Source: a virus. Taken from it: a stretch of 43,294 nucleotides of DNA. Position 1 is the stretch's first letter. Every line of letters begins with the position of its first letter. The notes beneath the pieces were generated by a model. That model searched no databases. It was not told the DNA's origin and worked only from the letters and a program-made list of their open reading frames with translations. Made by a program: the position numbers and the translations under genes. The stretch lies in IMG/VR virus record IMGVR_UViG_3300026223_000001. The stretch is one strand, 5' to 3'. Below are positions 16,031-26,251 of this stretch, one piece after another.

Positions 16031-19000
16031 TTAGGGCAGCGGGTTCGCCGCCAGATAGTCGCTGATCGCCTTCTGCTGCGTGAGATCGGCGCGCGTCGGC
16101 GGCTTCGGCGGCGCAGACGGCGCAGGCGGTTTCGGCGGCGCACCGGTGAGCGTTGGCACATCCACGCCCTGCAACCTCAGCTTCGCCGCCGAGTCGTAGT
16201 AGTACGGATAGAACGTCGAGAGTATGGACTTATTGTCGGACAGGAACGTCTCGTAGGCCGGATTGTAGTTCTTGGCGCGGTTCTTGTAGTCCAGCGCCAG
16301 ACGCGGATCGCCTGCCTGTTTGGCGAGCACGGCCACGACGTTATTATCAGACGGTTGCCCGAGGCCGGCCTGGAGCATGGCCTGCGAGACGGCGCTGGCC
16401 TGCGCGGTTAGGCCCTGTATCTGCGTAGAGCGCGCCGCCGTTATGCCGGGACCAGCGTAGACCTGCGGTGCGGCCTGTAGGAGCTGCGTCGATTTCTGTT
16501 TGGCGTCATAGGCTTGCTGGACGCCCGGATCGCTGAAGTACGAGCCATGCAGGAGCGCTGCCTGGTCGGTCGGCGAAAGCGCTGCGAGCGCCGTTGCACG
16601 ATCAGCGTTGTAGGCGTTCCAATCGATCACGCCGGTTGTCGCGTTCATGTACTTCGGATCATCGGCTTGAATCGCGTAGTAAGCATCCACTAGCGGATTC
16701 GTGCCCGCTGGCGCTTGGCCTGGATAGGTGTCGGCGGTGAGTTGGCGCTTGTAGTCGAAGTATTGGGTTAGAGCTTTCTTGAAGTTTGCCGCCGCCGCCG
16801 GGTCGCCTGCAATGACGCCCGCCGCAAGACCAGTAAGGTTCGTGCCCTGCGAGTTCGTCGTGGTCTTCGGCTGTTCCAACGCCGCTTCCTTGGCGTGGAA
16901 GTCTACCGAGCCCGGACTCTGAGCGGCCTGCTGCATCGCCAGTAGCTTCGGGTCGGCGTGGACAGTGGCGATGTCAGACGGCGAGCCGGTGTAGTCGTTG
17001 CCGGTCGCGGCCTTAAAGGCTGAGTTAAAATCGCCGCGCGGGTTGGGGTACGTCTCGACACGGCCGCCGAGCACGGCCAACGGAGCTGTCCCTACTGCTG
17101 CGCCAATTTTGGTAAGGCTTGGGTCTTGCCACGCAGCATGGAATGCGTCATAGATGTTCTTGGCACTAATCGGCGCTCTGTCTTGAATAAGTTGCTGAAT
17201 GTGCGCGGCGCTGTTGAGTCCCACGGGATTGCCAAGATAGTCCTTCCCCTGAAAGAGATCGAGGGCGAGTGAGGTCAGCGGATTAAGGCTGGCCTGCGCG
17301 AATCGTCCAGCGATGGTCGAGGGGTCTTGTCCAGAACCGATCTGGTAGATGGCGCGGGCGATGCGCTGCTGTGGCCCCCAGACGTTGATATGTGTGTTGC
17401 CGACCACGATCTTACCGAAGTCGGCATTCGGCGCGAGTCCCACATCAGCTCCGAGGCCGTATTTGGCGAGCGCCATCAGTGACACACCTGCCGCCGTCAT
17501 CTTGGCGAGTTGCTTTGCAGCTTCTACGCGAATGAATCCGTCCGGGTGCAGAAGTTGCAGCACATTCTCGACTGGGGCAACTGTCATGCGTGGTGTCCAC
17601 ATCACCGTTTCTAGGCCCGCAGTCAACTTGTTCCCGCCGATGGTGTCGAGGGTGACGTTGGTGAGCGGAATCTTGATGTCGCCCTCAATCGACCCACGCA
17701 ACCGCATTCTGTTCACGAGGTTGACGATTGCTTGTACGCGGTCTGCGGGAATCGCGCCTGTGGGAGAAAGAGAGGCGGCGTGCTCCAGTAGATTGTCCGT
17801 CGCGGCTGTACCAAGCGAGTTGTCGAAACTAACGAATGCCCGGTTGGACACCTTGAAGGCAGACCCGAGGATTGGAATACGAGTTATCAACTGTGGCCCA
17901 TGCGCCTCTTCCGATGCCGCGGACGAAGCCACGTCCAGAGAGCGCAAGCCGCCGTAATCCTGCATGACCTGACCGAGCGTGGAATCTACCGTCTCGCCGT
18001 TCGGCATGAGGATACTGACGACTTTTGGATTGAAGCGATTGGCCTGGTCGATGCCTTGCGCGACAGCATCGCCGCCGAACCCGCCTTTGATCGCGTCGGC
18101 AATCGCCTGCCATGTACCCACTGGCCCCGCTGTCGGCGCTGCCGTCAACATTTCTACGGCAAGGTGAGGAATATGACCGGCAAGAGCGAGTTGTTTGATG
18201 AGTTGTGAGGCATCGTAAGCCTTGCCGAGTAGCCCGAGGTTAGTTCCCCCACGTTGAGCCTGCCGGATCGCAGTACCGAACTCCGCACCGAAGACCTGTT
18301 CTAGCTTATTCACTTCTTCATTCTGCAAAGGCTGGCCGACAAACAATTTAAGCAAAGCCCGCTGAGTGGTCACGCGATTGAAGTCAGGGGTTGTCGGTCC
18401 GCGTCCGAAATCAAAAGTATTGATCTTACCCGCCATCGCCGACACTTCTTCTGGGGTGAGTGCGGCGTCGGCGGCGATACCAGCAGTGTACTTTCCTGCT
18501 AAAGCGGCTTCCGAAAGGGCCTGCGCTTCAGCAGGTGTCTTGCCGGCAGCTAGAGCAGCCCTAGAGGCGGCGTCAGCGGCTGCGATGCGCTGGCCCTTTT
18601 CAATAGTCCGCGCAGCCTCGGTTGTGGCGATATTCTCACGGCTCTGAGTGAGCGCTTGAATAGTCTTGCGCGTGCCGGATTCAAGCGGCGTACCGCCAAT
18701 ATCTGGCGGCGGCTCAGCCCCACCGGGCGTTCCTAGCGGCTTGTAGCCGGGACGGTCTAGCGGTGAAGTGCTTGCCGTAGACGGTGCGCTTGGTTCACCA
18801 GGGACATTATTAGCCACCCCACCGACAGAAGTGCTAGCAGGCTCAGTGCCCCCACTAGGAACATTGCCGCTATCTGCAAGGTTAGGATTCCCAGCGCCAG
18901 GATCAGGTAGTACAGGATTTCCAACATTGGGTGCCTCCGCCGGTACTGTACCACTTATCGGTGGCGGTACATTCTCTGGCGGCGTTGGCGGCACGTCCGC

Positions 19001-20281
19001 AGCCCCGCCCGCCATCGGCCCTACGGCGGCGTGCGGTATCTCTTGACCGCTCGAGCCCATACGCACAATCGGCCCCATGCTCTCGTTGCCGGTGGCGATG
19101 CCGGGCGCTTCGATGGGCGAGAGGTTGGGCGTGGGTACGCGGTCGAGGACGGCGGAACCTACGCGCGTGGCCGCTGTCAGCCCCGGCACGATATCGGTGA
19201 GCGGCGGCACGACAGGCGGGTGGACGAAGCCCGGATCGCTGGCTCCTGCGGCAAGTCGAGCCGTTAGTGGTTCGGTGGAGAGTAGCGGCGCTGTCATCTC
19301 GCCGATGTTCTGGTAGGAGAGCGGCAAGCGTGGCAGCATCCCCGAGTAGTCGATAGCGTGGCCGGCAACGCCGCCTACCACAGATTTAGCCGCGATGGCA
19401 GCAGTTGTCTCTGGCGCAAGGAAACCAGCGGAGAGTATGCCAGCGGGCGAAGTCGCCCCGGCAACTACATCGGCGACCGGACCACCGATACCGCTGGGAA
19501 GAGCGTTGCGAATGCCCTGAATCGCCTCTGGCGGCAACACAGATGGCAGCAGTTGCGTTCCGGCCTGTACCACCTGATGAAGGTTCTGGGGAATCATAAA
19601 GTTGCCCTGACCGAATCCGGCCGGGGAAGCGCCCGAACCGCTGCCCTCGATGACGCCAGTCAGGAAGTCGGTGTTCGTGGCGTCTTGCGGGATCGACTTC
19701 GCCCACGTCTGAACCGCCGGGTTCGGGTTCGGAACGCCGGGGTTCTGCTGCATGAACTGTGCCGCTTGGGTCGGCATGTCAGCGGCGGGGTGTATGTCGC
19801 TAGTGAAAATACCGTTTGGCTGGTTCGACGGCGGAAAGTCGCTTCCCGTCAACTGCTGCCCGGCGTCGTACTGCTTGACCGCATCCGCTATCGCGGGAGT
19901 GAAGGGTGCGCGCGGCGGCGAAGAGAAGTTGGTGCTCAAGATGCCGTTAGGAGACTGCGAGGGCTGGAAGTCCGAACCGGTCAACGGCGCGTTGAAATGG
20001 GGCGGTAGTGGTGGCCCCTGTACGGGCTGCGCGCTGTAGTCGATACCCGGCGATGGGGCGCCGAAACCCGGAGGCACAGGTGGGCCTTGTTGTGGCGCAG
20101 GCGCTGGTGCGAACACCTGGTCTTGCTGCGCCATGTTGGCCTGCTGGCGGTCGAGGACACGCTGCGCGGCGAGGAGCGCCTGCCGTTGGCGCTCCAGTTC
20201 GTTCTGGCGATCGAGGGCCGATGAGAGGTCGGGCGTCAGATACTGTACGCCGAAGCCGCCGCCGCCTTCTGTGAGGCGCAT
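16031..20281 (-). CDS. Giant virion protein (1416 aa; ejection / tape-measure-like candidate)
   Basis: Largest ORF. The Pro/Gln-rich N-terminal third carries a duplicated LTGSDF(Q/P)PS(Q/N)xPNGI motif. No catalytic motif recognised. Confidence 0.6.
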   Translation of the reverse strand: MRLTEGGGGFGVQYLTPDLSSALDRQNELERQRQALLAAQRVLDRQQANMAQQDQVFAPAPAPQQGPPVPPGFGAPSPGIDYSAQPVQGPPLPPHFNAPLTGSDFQPSQSPNGILSTNFSSPPRAPFTPAIADAVKQYDAGQQLTGSDFPPSNQPNGIFTSDIHPAADMPTQAAQFMQQNPGVPNPNPAVQTWAKSIPQDATNTDFLTGVIEGSGSGASPAGFGQGNFMIPQNLHQVVQAGTQLLPSVLPPEAIQGIRNALPSGIGGPVADVVAGATSPAGILSAGFLAPETTAAIAAKSVVGGVAGHAIDYSGMLPRLPLSYQNIGEMTAPLLSTEPLTARLAAGASDPGFVHPPVVPPLTDIVPGLTAATRVGSAVLDRVPTPNLSPIEAPGIATGNESMGPIVRMGSSGQEIPHAAVGPMAGGAADVPPTPPENVPPPISGTVPAEAPNVGNPVLPDPGAGNPNLADSGNVPSGGTEPASTSVGGVANNVPGEPSAPSTASTSPLDRPGYKPLGTPGGAEPPPDIGGTPLESGTRKTIQALTQSRENIATTEAARTIEKGQRIAAADAASRAALAAGKTPAEAQALSEAALAGKYTAGIAADAALTPEEVSAMAGKINTFDFGRGPTTPDFNRVTTQRALLKLFVGQPLQNEEVNKLEQVFGAEFGTAIRQAQRGGTNLGLLGKAYDASQLIKQLALAGHIPHLAVEMLTAAPTAGPVGTWQAIADAIKGGFGGDAVAQGIDQANRFNPKVVSILMPNGETVDSTLGQVMQDYGGLRSLDVASSAASEEAHGPQLITRIPILGSAFKVSNRAFVSFDNSLGTAATDNLLEHAASLSPTGAIPADRVQAIVNLVNRMRLRGSIEGDIKIPLTNVTLDTIGGNKLTAGLETVMWTPRMTVAPVENVLQLLHPDGFIRVEAAKQLAKMTAAGVSLMALAKYGLGADVGLAPNADFGKIVVGNTHINVWGPQQRIARAIYQIGSGQDPSTIAGRFAQASLNPLTSLALDLFQGKDYLGNPVGLNSAAHIQQLIQDRAPISAKNIYDAFHAAWQDPSLTKIGAAVGTAPLAVLGGRVETYPNPRGDFNSAFKAATGNDYTGSPSDIATVHADPKLLAMQQAAQSPGSVDFHAKEAALEQPKTTTNSQGTNLTGLAAGVIAGDPAAAANFKKALTQYFDYKRQLTADTYPGQAPAGTNPLVDAYYAIQADDPKYMNATTGVIDWNAYNADRATALAALSPTDQAALLHGSYFSDPGVQQAYDAKQKSTQLLQAAPQVYAGPGITAARSTQIQGLTAQASAVSQAMLQAGLGQPSDNNVVAVLAKQAGDPRLALDYKNRAKNYNPAYETFLSDNKSILSTFYPYYYDSAAKLRLQGVDVPTLTGAPPKPPAPSAPPKPPTRADLTQQKAISDYLAANPLP

Positions 20282-20284
20282 GGC

Positions 20285-23119
20285 TTAGCCGTAACTGACT
20301 GGCTGCGCGTTGCTCATCGAAGTCGGTTGATATTGCGCTATCGTTTTTTCAAACCATGCTTTTGCGCTAGCTGGATCCATGCCCATCGCCTCGCCGTAGG
20401 CCGAGGTCAGCAGGTTCTTCGTCGCGTCGGGCCAGGTGTTGTACTGCGCTGCGTACTGCTGCGGGTTGCCGAGCGTCTGGCCGAACACGGTTGGGAGGTT
20501 CAGATTCGTGGCGACATTCACGTTGCCGCTTGTGATGTTGCCGAGAAGCGTCGTCACCTTCGCCTTGGCCGCGTCGAGCGAAGCCTGGTCGGTTGGCGTG
20601 CCGAGTCCGGCGGCGGTAAGCACGCCCTGATCGGCGCTGGAGATCGTGGGCGATGCGACAGGCTGCGTGTCCACCGAGGGCGTGGGCGTGGCCGTTGGCG
20701 CTGGCGTGATGCTTACCTGCGAGCCGTCGGGGTGCGAGATGTTCCAGGCGAAAGGCTGGTACTGCGGCGAACCGCCCGACGTCGGGCTGTTGGATGACGG
20801 CAGCGCGTTCGGATCAGAAGGTGTAGACGCTGGCGTAGGCGGCGTCACAACCCAGTTGTTGGTGTTGGGATTCCAGACGCGGCCCCCAGCGGTCGTCTGC
20901 ATTGGTTGCTGCATCGGCGGCGCGGTGGCGGCTTTGGCGGCGACAATGGCCTGCGTGCGCTGCGTGATTGTAGGCACTGGCGTCTGCCCCATCGCTGCCT
21001 CGTTTGGAGTCTGGCCGTAGTTGATGGGCGTAGCACTGCCGCCGGTAGAACTGCTAGTGACCGGCGTGGTGCTCCATCCAGCGGGCTGCGTGTTGGCCGC
21101 CATCGGGCCAATGCCGGATGTCGTCGCGCCTGTCGCAGCGCCGACCTTCCCGCCGTGGTAGAGGTTGTGCGGGACGATACGGTCGAGGACGGGCTGTCCG
21201 GAGTAGTCCACGTGCAAGAGCAGCCCTTCGTCGCCGGCCTCGCCCACCTTGACGTGGATCTTCTGGCCGGGCGTCAAGCTCACCTTCTTACCGGAGCCGA
21301 GGACAATCTCGTCGGGGCCGGTGCTCTTCTCCCCTGTACGTGCGTGAATGTCGTATGCGCCAGCGCCCGGCTGATTCCAGGCGGCGTTAAAAGGGGTCGC
21401 GGGGCCGGATACTACCGCTGGTGGAAGAGTTCCGCCGCCGCCGCCGAGAGTAGGCGTGGGAAAGGATGAGATGGGCGCTTGAGCCTGTACCGGCGGCGGT
21501 CCAGCGGCGATCAGGGGTTGCATGTACTGACGGTACTGATCTGCGGCGATGGCGTCAGGTGTGCCGGTGCCCGCGCCGCCGGTCAGGATGTCGGTCTGGC
21601 GGATCGGGTCGTTGGAAAGCGCGGCGGCAGTGCCGTAATACTGACCGACTTCGCCGGTGACGTTCTGCTGTTGAGTGATGTCCTGCCCGCGGCCGGTCGA
21701 GGCGTAGTTGATGTTTTGTCCTCGCATCGTGACTCCAGCGCTAAGCGTCGCCGTGTCCCGGTTCGTCTTGTCGGCCATGATCGCGTTAGCTCTGGTCGTG
21801 GCGTCCTGCATCGTGGCGATTTTGTCATTCGAGGCGATTTGGGCTTTCGTGTTGGCGATACTGGCGTTGGTCGCGGCCAACGAAGCGCCAACCTGCCCGG
21901 CGGCGATGGCTTGCTGTGAGGCCAACGACAGTTTGAGATCGCTGGTGTTAGTCGCCAGCGCTTTGTCAGCGGCGGCGATCTGAGCGGGCGAGAGATAACC
22001 GGGAGTGTTCTGCGTGCTGACGATGCCGCCCGTTGTGTCCGTGATACCGGTAATGCCGGAACCCATGTTCTTCGTGCCGCCGTAATAGTTAACTGGCGGT
22101 TTGTAGTTGGGGTCGGCGATGTACTTGGTGATATGCCCCTTATCGTCGTAGACGGGCTGCATCCCGATAGGGGTTTGACCGCCCCCGTAGGGAGACGGAG
22201 TGTTCGGGTTGGCGTACGACGGGTCGGGTATGTAAGCGATGATGCTGCCATTGGGGCCATACTCCGGCTGCATCCCCGTCGGCGTGGGGCCGCTGTAAGC
22301 CCCTGGAGCCACGTACGACGGGTCGGCCACATACTTCGCGATCTTGCCGTTGCTGTCGTAGACAGGTTGCATCCCGGTCGGCGTCTGCCCGCCGCCATAG
22401 GGCGATGGGGTGTTTACAGACAGAAAATTGGGGTCGGGAATATAAGCGACGATCTTGCCGTTGGCGTCGTACTCCGGCTGCATGCCAGTGGGCGTCGGGC
22501 CGCCAAGATTACTCGATGTCGTCGGCGTGTAAGTCGTGATGACCTGCGGGCCGTTCGATGTGTTCTGCATGACGGCAATGCGCCCGTCGGGGAGTTGCGT
22601 TTCATACGTACCGCCGGTCTGCGTTTGGGTCGTGCCGGGGTTGTACGACGGGTCGGTTTTCGCTACATAGTTGCCGTAGCTGGCCCCGTCGGGACTGATC
22701 GCATTCGGATCCCACACATAGACGTAGCCAACTGGCAGCGCGGGTAATCCCGCCGGACTGCCGCCGCCGCCGGCACCGCTGGTCGGGCCGCTACCGGAGT
22801 CTGAGGGTTGCATAATGTTGCCTCCTGCGAGTGATTTGACGTAGGCGTCGCCTTGCCACGGCGTGGTGCCTTGCGAGCGGTAAAGCGATAGCGCGTAGTC
22901 CGTCGAAGCTACCGGGTCGGTCATCGTCGTCATCGACAGGCCGTGGACGCCGTTAATTTGGTAGAGACCGAAGGAGCCACCGTAGGGATCGTTCGTGTTA
23001 CCCGCGTTCGGGTTGCCGCCTGATTCGGCCATAGCGATGCCAGAGAGCGTCGTCGCTTCAGCCGGAGTAGCTCCTCGGCTGGTTAGCAGGCTGGAGACAT
23101 CGGAGCGACTATAAGCCAC
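20285..23119 (-). CDS. Virion protein with N-terminal lytic transglycosylase (SLT/lysozyme-like) domain (944 aa)
   Basis: LSGIAMAESGGNPNAGNTNDPYGGSFGLYQINGVHG matches the SLT E-S...GLxQI pattern. The rest is Gly/Thr/Pro/Gln-rich with tandem repeats. AAGGGGGA precedes the GTG start. Confidence 0.65.
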   Translation of the reverse strand: MAYSRSDVSSLLTSRGATPAEATTLSGIAMAESGGNPNAGNTNDPYGGSFGLYQINGVHGLSMTTMTDPVASTDYALSLYRSQGTTPWQGDAYVKSLAGGNIMQPSDSGSGPTSGAGGGGSPAGLPALPVGYVYVWDPNAISPDGASYGNYVAKTDPSYNPGTTQTQTGGTYETQLPDGRIAVMQNTSNGPQVITTYTPTTSSNLGGPTPTGMQPEYDANGKIVAYIPDPNFLSVNTPSPYGGGQTPTGMQPVYDSNGKIAKYVADPSYVAPGAYSGPTPTGMQPEYGPNGSIIAYIPDPSYANPNTPSPYGGGQTPIGMQPVYDDKGHITKYIADPNYKPPVNYYGGTKNMGSGITGITDTTGGIVSTQNTPGYLSPAQIAAADKALATNTSDLKLSLASQQAIAAGQVGASLAATNASIANTKAQIASNDKIATMQDATTRANAIMADKTNRDTATLSAGVTMRGQNINYASTGRGQDITQQQNVTGEVGQYYGTAAALSNDPIRQTDILTGGAGTGTPDAIAADQYRQYMQPLIAAGPPPVQAQAPISSFPTPTLGGGGGTLPPAVVSGPATPFNAAWNQPGAGAYDIHARTGEKSTGPDEIVLGSGKKVSLTPGQKIHVKVGEAGDEGLLLHVDYSGQPVLDRIVPHNLYHGGKVGAATGATTSGIGPMAANTQPAGWSTTPVTSSSTGGSATPINYGQTPNEAAMGQTPVPTITQRTQAIVAAKAATAPPMQQPMQTTAGGRVWNPNTNNWVVTPPTPASTPSDPNALPSSNSPTSGGSPQYQPFAWNISHPDGSQVSITPAPTATPTPSVDTQPVASPTISSADQGVLTAAGLGTPTDQASLDAAKAKVTTLLGNITSGNVNVATNLNLPTVFGQTLGNPQQYAAQYNTWPDATKNLLTSAYGEAMGMDPASAKAWFEKTIAQYQPTSMSNAQPVSYG
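22082..22504 (-). repeat. In-frame tandem repeats inside the 944-aa protein (4 x ~35 aa, organised as 2 x ~71 aa)
   Basis: Repeat copies are GPTPTGMQPEYDANGKIVAYIPDPNF, GQTPTGMQPVYDSNGKIAKYVADPSY, GPTPTGMQPEYGPNGSIIAYIPDPSY and GQTPIGMQPVYDDKGHITKYIADPNY. Confidence 0.85.
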
Positions 23120-23122
23120 CCG

Positions 23123-23500
23123 CTATTCCCCCTTCATGGCCCGGACGGCCTGGTCGTAACGCTGCTGCGTCCATTCGCCGGTAGACAGCCGGTGCTTCGC
23201 TTCGTCGGCCATGAGCCCCATGATCGCCTCCCGGTCGAGGACGGGTTGGCCGTCCGGCCCCTTCGCGTCCTGTGGGATGTTGTGCATCATGGCGCTAGCG
23301 GAGTGGATGTTGTTCAGGTAGTTGGGGTCGTTGCGAATTTTGGCGTAGGCCTGCTGCTGCTGCTCGGGTGTAAGCCGAGGCGAGTTGTAGGGCTCCTCGC
23401 CGAACAACTTAGCGACGTCACGGGAACGCGCCATGATCTCAGCGGCGGCGGCGATAGCGGTCACCTGGCGTTGCTGAGCGAAGGACAACTTACGCGGCAT
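23123..23500 (-). CDS. Hypothetical protein (125 aa)
   Basis: Track ORF 23123..23542. Start moved to ATG 23500 (MPRKLSFAQQ...), preceded by GGAG. Confidence 0.55.
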   Translation of the reverse strand: MPRKLSFAQQRQVTAIAAAAEIMARSRDVAKLFGEEPYNSPRLTPEQQQQAYAKIRNDPNYLNNIHSASAMMHNIPQDAKGPDGQPVLDREAIMGLMADEAKHRLSTGEWTQQRYDQAVRAMKGE

Positions 23501-23676
23501 GAAAAGTCTCCAGGAGAGCGGCGTCCTTATCTCGTACCGCAACGCGCGTCCAGTTAGGCGCTATCTCCCGGAGCGCCCTTAGTCTATCACTCATTTACCG
23601 GTGCTCTTGAGAAGCTTCCGAATGCCCATCTGAATTAAGACGCTGTGAATATCTTTCTTTCGGAAAGTAATCTGCT

Positions 23677-25761
23677 TCATTTCCCGATGCCCTTCGTGCG
23701 CTTCGGCGCGGGGCGCGCTACCTGGCGTCTGGCATTGCCGCCACGCCCGCTTTGCGTGGGCGGCGCGGGTGCTGCGGTACGAACGTCGGGTGCGGGCATC
23801 GGCGGTTCGATCGGCGAACTCGCTGCGGGCGACTCGAGTTGCGGCTGGTCAGCGCCGGTGACGCCGGGACCGGGTGTGGCCGTGGGCGAAGCGGGCGGCT
23901 CCGGCGACGGAGCGCCTGCTGGTGCGCTGAACGGGCCGGTGGGTACGCCTGTCAACGTCTTGGGCAAATACATGCCCGGGGGCAGGATGCCGCCGTTGGC
24001 GAGGATAGCGGAGAGATCGGCGAGCGTCATACCGAAGTCGGTGACGGCCTTGACGCCCATCTGAATAAGCGTGTTCTGAATGTCCTTCTGACGAAAGGCT
24101 GGATCTTGCTGGAGGTCTTCGCCCTCTCGCTGCGTGTCCATCTCGCCGATGTTGTCCCACCGCAGCACGTTCGGCCCCACCCATGAACGCGGGGCGCGGA
24201 TCGGGTCGGAGAGCATCTTGGTGGCGATGTCGGCCATCGTCAGGTAGTCCGTCTCCAGCACGTACTCACGGCGCGTCTCGATCTGCGTCATGTAGGGTTC
24301 GACCTCGGGCCAGGTGACGCCGATGGACTGGGTTCCTTTGCCTGCGCCCTTGTAGACGTAAACGCGGGCGTCAGGCCGTCCCTGCGTCTTGGCGATAGCG
24401 CCGACGCAAGCGAACTCATGCCGGTCGCCGTCGGCGTCGGCACGGGCGAAGTTATCGGCGATAGGGTTGAGTTTGCGTTCAGCGTTCTCACTGGAGAACT
24501 GCTCCTTGAATCCTGAGTCGCCGGGAGTCGAGCCACCGGTCATAGACGGTGGCAGAAAAGACTGGATGCGGCGGTTAACGTAGTCGTGCAACAGGTTGGT
24601 GGCGGGGAGGTTGCCGGGCAACTCGAAAAGCCGGTACTTCTCGCCAGCCGTACCGTCGGCTCCCTTGAACTCGATGTTGGTCTGGCCGTGCTTAAATTTG
24701 CGATCGCGGGCCGCTTCGGCGTAACCGTCCGCCGACCAGTTCTGCAGCAGCTCCAAAATCATCGTCGGCTGATATGTGGCACGGATCAAAGTGGCCTGCT
24801 GAGAGAGCACGAAGTCTTCCAGTTCCAACGGGTCGCGGATGCTCTCGATGAGAGACTGCCAGCGCCACTTAAGTTCGGTATCGCTGGTATCGTTGCACTC
24901 GTAAATCGACACGGGGCATTGGCCGTCCGCTACCTTGACGCCGTGCTTCCAGAACTTGACCGCTGTCATCGGGCCGTCGGCTGCGCTCTTGACGTAGTAA
25001 CCCACCCATGTGGGGTCGAGGACTTCGATGAAGTCAACCTCTTCGGTGTCCTTGGCTGTCCAGCCGGCCGTGGGGTCGGCGATCCAGCCGGCGGACAGAC
25101 TGCGTGCGCGGGCCTTGACCCAGGAGACGGGGACGCGCTTCTTCTCGATAGACAACAACACCTGGCGGCCGTAGAGAAGCGGAAACCAGGTCATAGCGGG
25201 AACGTGGTAGGCGCGGATGGGGATACGTCCGACCTCGGCCTCGTACTTCTTGACTTGCTTCGTGTAGGCTGCGTCCTTCTGGCCATTCTGCAGTTCCGGC
25301 CAGTCTGCGTACGCCTGCGGGTAGGGCAGGGTCTTCTTGGCGGAAAAGCCGATGGTCAGCGCCTCGCGGACGACTCGCGCCGTGGTGTTCTCGCCGGACT
25401 GAAACTCCATTGCGGGACCAATAGCGTTGAGCCAATCGGAGGCGTTCTCGGCGGCGGCTTGCGGGTCGCCGCCGACGCCGTGCGAGTCGATGGTGCGGGT
25501 AGAGTTGACGGCGAGGACGCCGGTGTAGAAGTTGATGATCTCCATCGCCCGGCGTCCCTTGATGATCTTGGGGTCGACGATGAGCGCCTTGCGGTCTTCG
25601 GGATCCGGCGCTTCGGTGCCGTCGGTTCCCCGATACTGGGCTACGCGACGCTTGTCGTCTTCCTTGCGGTCGCGCCAGACGAATTCGAGTTCGCGGACTT
25701 TGGCGTTGACGCGGGCGTCAGTCCACTCTGTGTCGTCGGGACGGAGGGGCGTGTCAGCCAC
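23677..25761 (-). CDS. Portal protein candidate (694 aa)
   Basis: Portal-sized ORF downstream of the TerL cluster, with a Pro/Ala-rich basic C-terminal tail. Assignment rests on size and position only. Confidence 0.55.
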   Translation of the reverse strand: MADTPLRPDDTEWTDARVNAKVRELEFVWRDRKEDDKRRVAQYRGTDGTEAPDPEDRKALIVDPKIIKGRRAMEIINFYTGVLAVNSTRTIDSHGVGGDPQAAAENASDWLNAIGPAMEFQSGENTTARVVREALTIGFSAKKTLPYPQAYADWPELQNGQKDAAYTKQVKKYEAEVGRIPIRAYHVPAMTWFPLLYGRQVLLSIEKKRVPVSWVKARARSLSAGWIADPTAGWTAKDTEEVDFIEVLDPTWVGYYVKSAADGPMTAVKFWKHGVKVADGQCPVSIYECNDTSDTELKWRWQSLIESIRDPLELEDFVLSQQATLIRATYQPTMILELLQNWSADGYAEAARDRKFKHGQTNIEFKGADGTAGEKYRLFELPGNLPATNLLHDYVNRRIQSFLPPSMTGGSTPGDSGFKEQFSSENAERKLNPIADNFARADADGDRHEFACVGAIAKTQGRPDARVYVYKGAGKGTQSIGVTWPEVEPYMTQIETRREYVLETDYLTMADIATKMLSDPIRAPRSWVGPNVLRWDNIGEMDTQREGEDLQQDPAFRQKDIQNTLIQMGVKAVTDFGMTLADLSAILANGGILPPGMYLPKTLTGVPTGPFSAPAGAPSPEPPASPTATPGPGVTGADQPQLESPAASSPIEPPMPAPDVRTAAPAPPTQSGRGGNARRQVARPAPKRTKGIGK

Positions 25762-25933
25762 TCATGTGACCGGACTCCTCACGAAGTGCTTTTATCAGCG
25801 CTTCCAAGCGCTCAAATATCTGGGCTTCATCTGGAGGCGTAAATGGTATACGCACCTCCTTGACCACCCGGCAAGTTGGTGGAACGCCGCCGCCCAATGT
25901 AATCTCCAGAGTTTGCTCAACTCTCATAGCCAT
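25754..25933 (-). CDS. Hypothetical small protein (59 aa)
   Basis: Below the track cut-off. MAMRVEQTLEITLGGGVPPTCRVVKEVRIPFTPPDEAQIFERLEALIKALREESGHMSG. Its end overlaps the portal GTG by 8 nt. Confidence 0.35.
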   Translation of the reverse strand: MAMRVEQTLEITLGGGVPPTCRVVKEVRIPFTPPDEAQIFERLEALIKALREESGHMSG

Positions 25934-25934
25934 C

Positions 25935-26060
25935 TCAGAACCCGTTGCCGTTTGACGGCATGGAGCGTACGATGTCGAGTTTAGGTATCGGCGGCGCGTG
26001 CTCGTGCGGCGGCAAGGCGATGCCCTGCGCGGCCTGGGCGAGCATACCGAGAGCGGTCAC
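25935..26060 (-). CDS. Hypothetical small protein (41 aa)
   Basis: Below the track cut-off. GTG overlaps the TGA of ORF 26057..26251 (GTGA). (M)TALGMLAQAAQGIALPPHEHAPPIPKLDIVRSMPSNGNGF. Confidence 0.3.
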   Translation of the reverse strand: MTALGMLAQAAQGIALPPHEHAPPIPKLDIVRSMPSNGNGF

Positions 26061-26251
26061 AATCTTCTGCGCTTCGCCCTGGCACTGCCAGCCGATTGCG
26101 CCGTCGGCGTAAAAGTGAGCGCTTCATTGTAAGGCGTCGCCTCGTCTATAATTTCCGCCTTCAACCGGAATAGCGCCTGCATTTCAGGACGCAGGCGCGC
26201 GATCAGTTGCGCCCAAAGCCCGTCGAAATCTGGGCGGTCCCGCCGTATCAC
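26057..26251 (-). CDS. Hypothetical protein (64 aa)
   Basis: Track ORF, ATGA-coupled to the upstream gene. Confidence 0.45.
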   Translation of the reverse strand: MIRRDRPDFDGLWAQLIARLRPEMQALFRLKAEIIDEATPYNEALTFTPTAQSAGSARAKRRRL

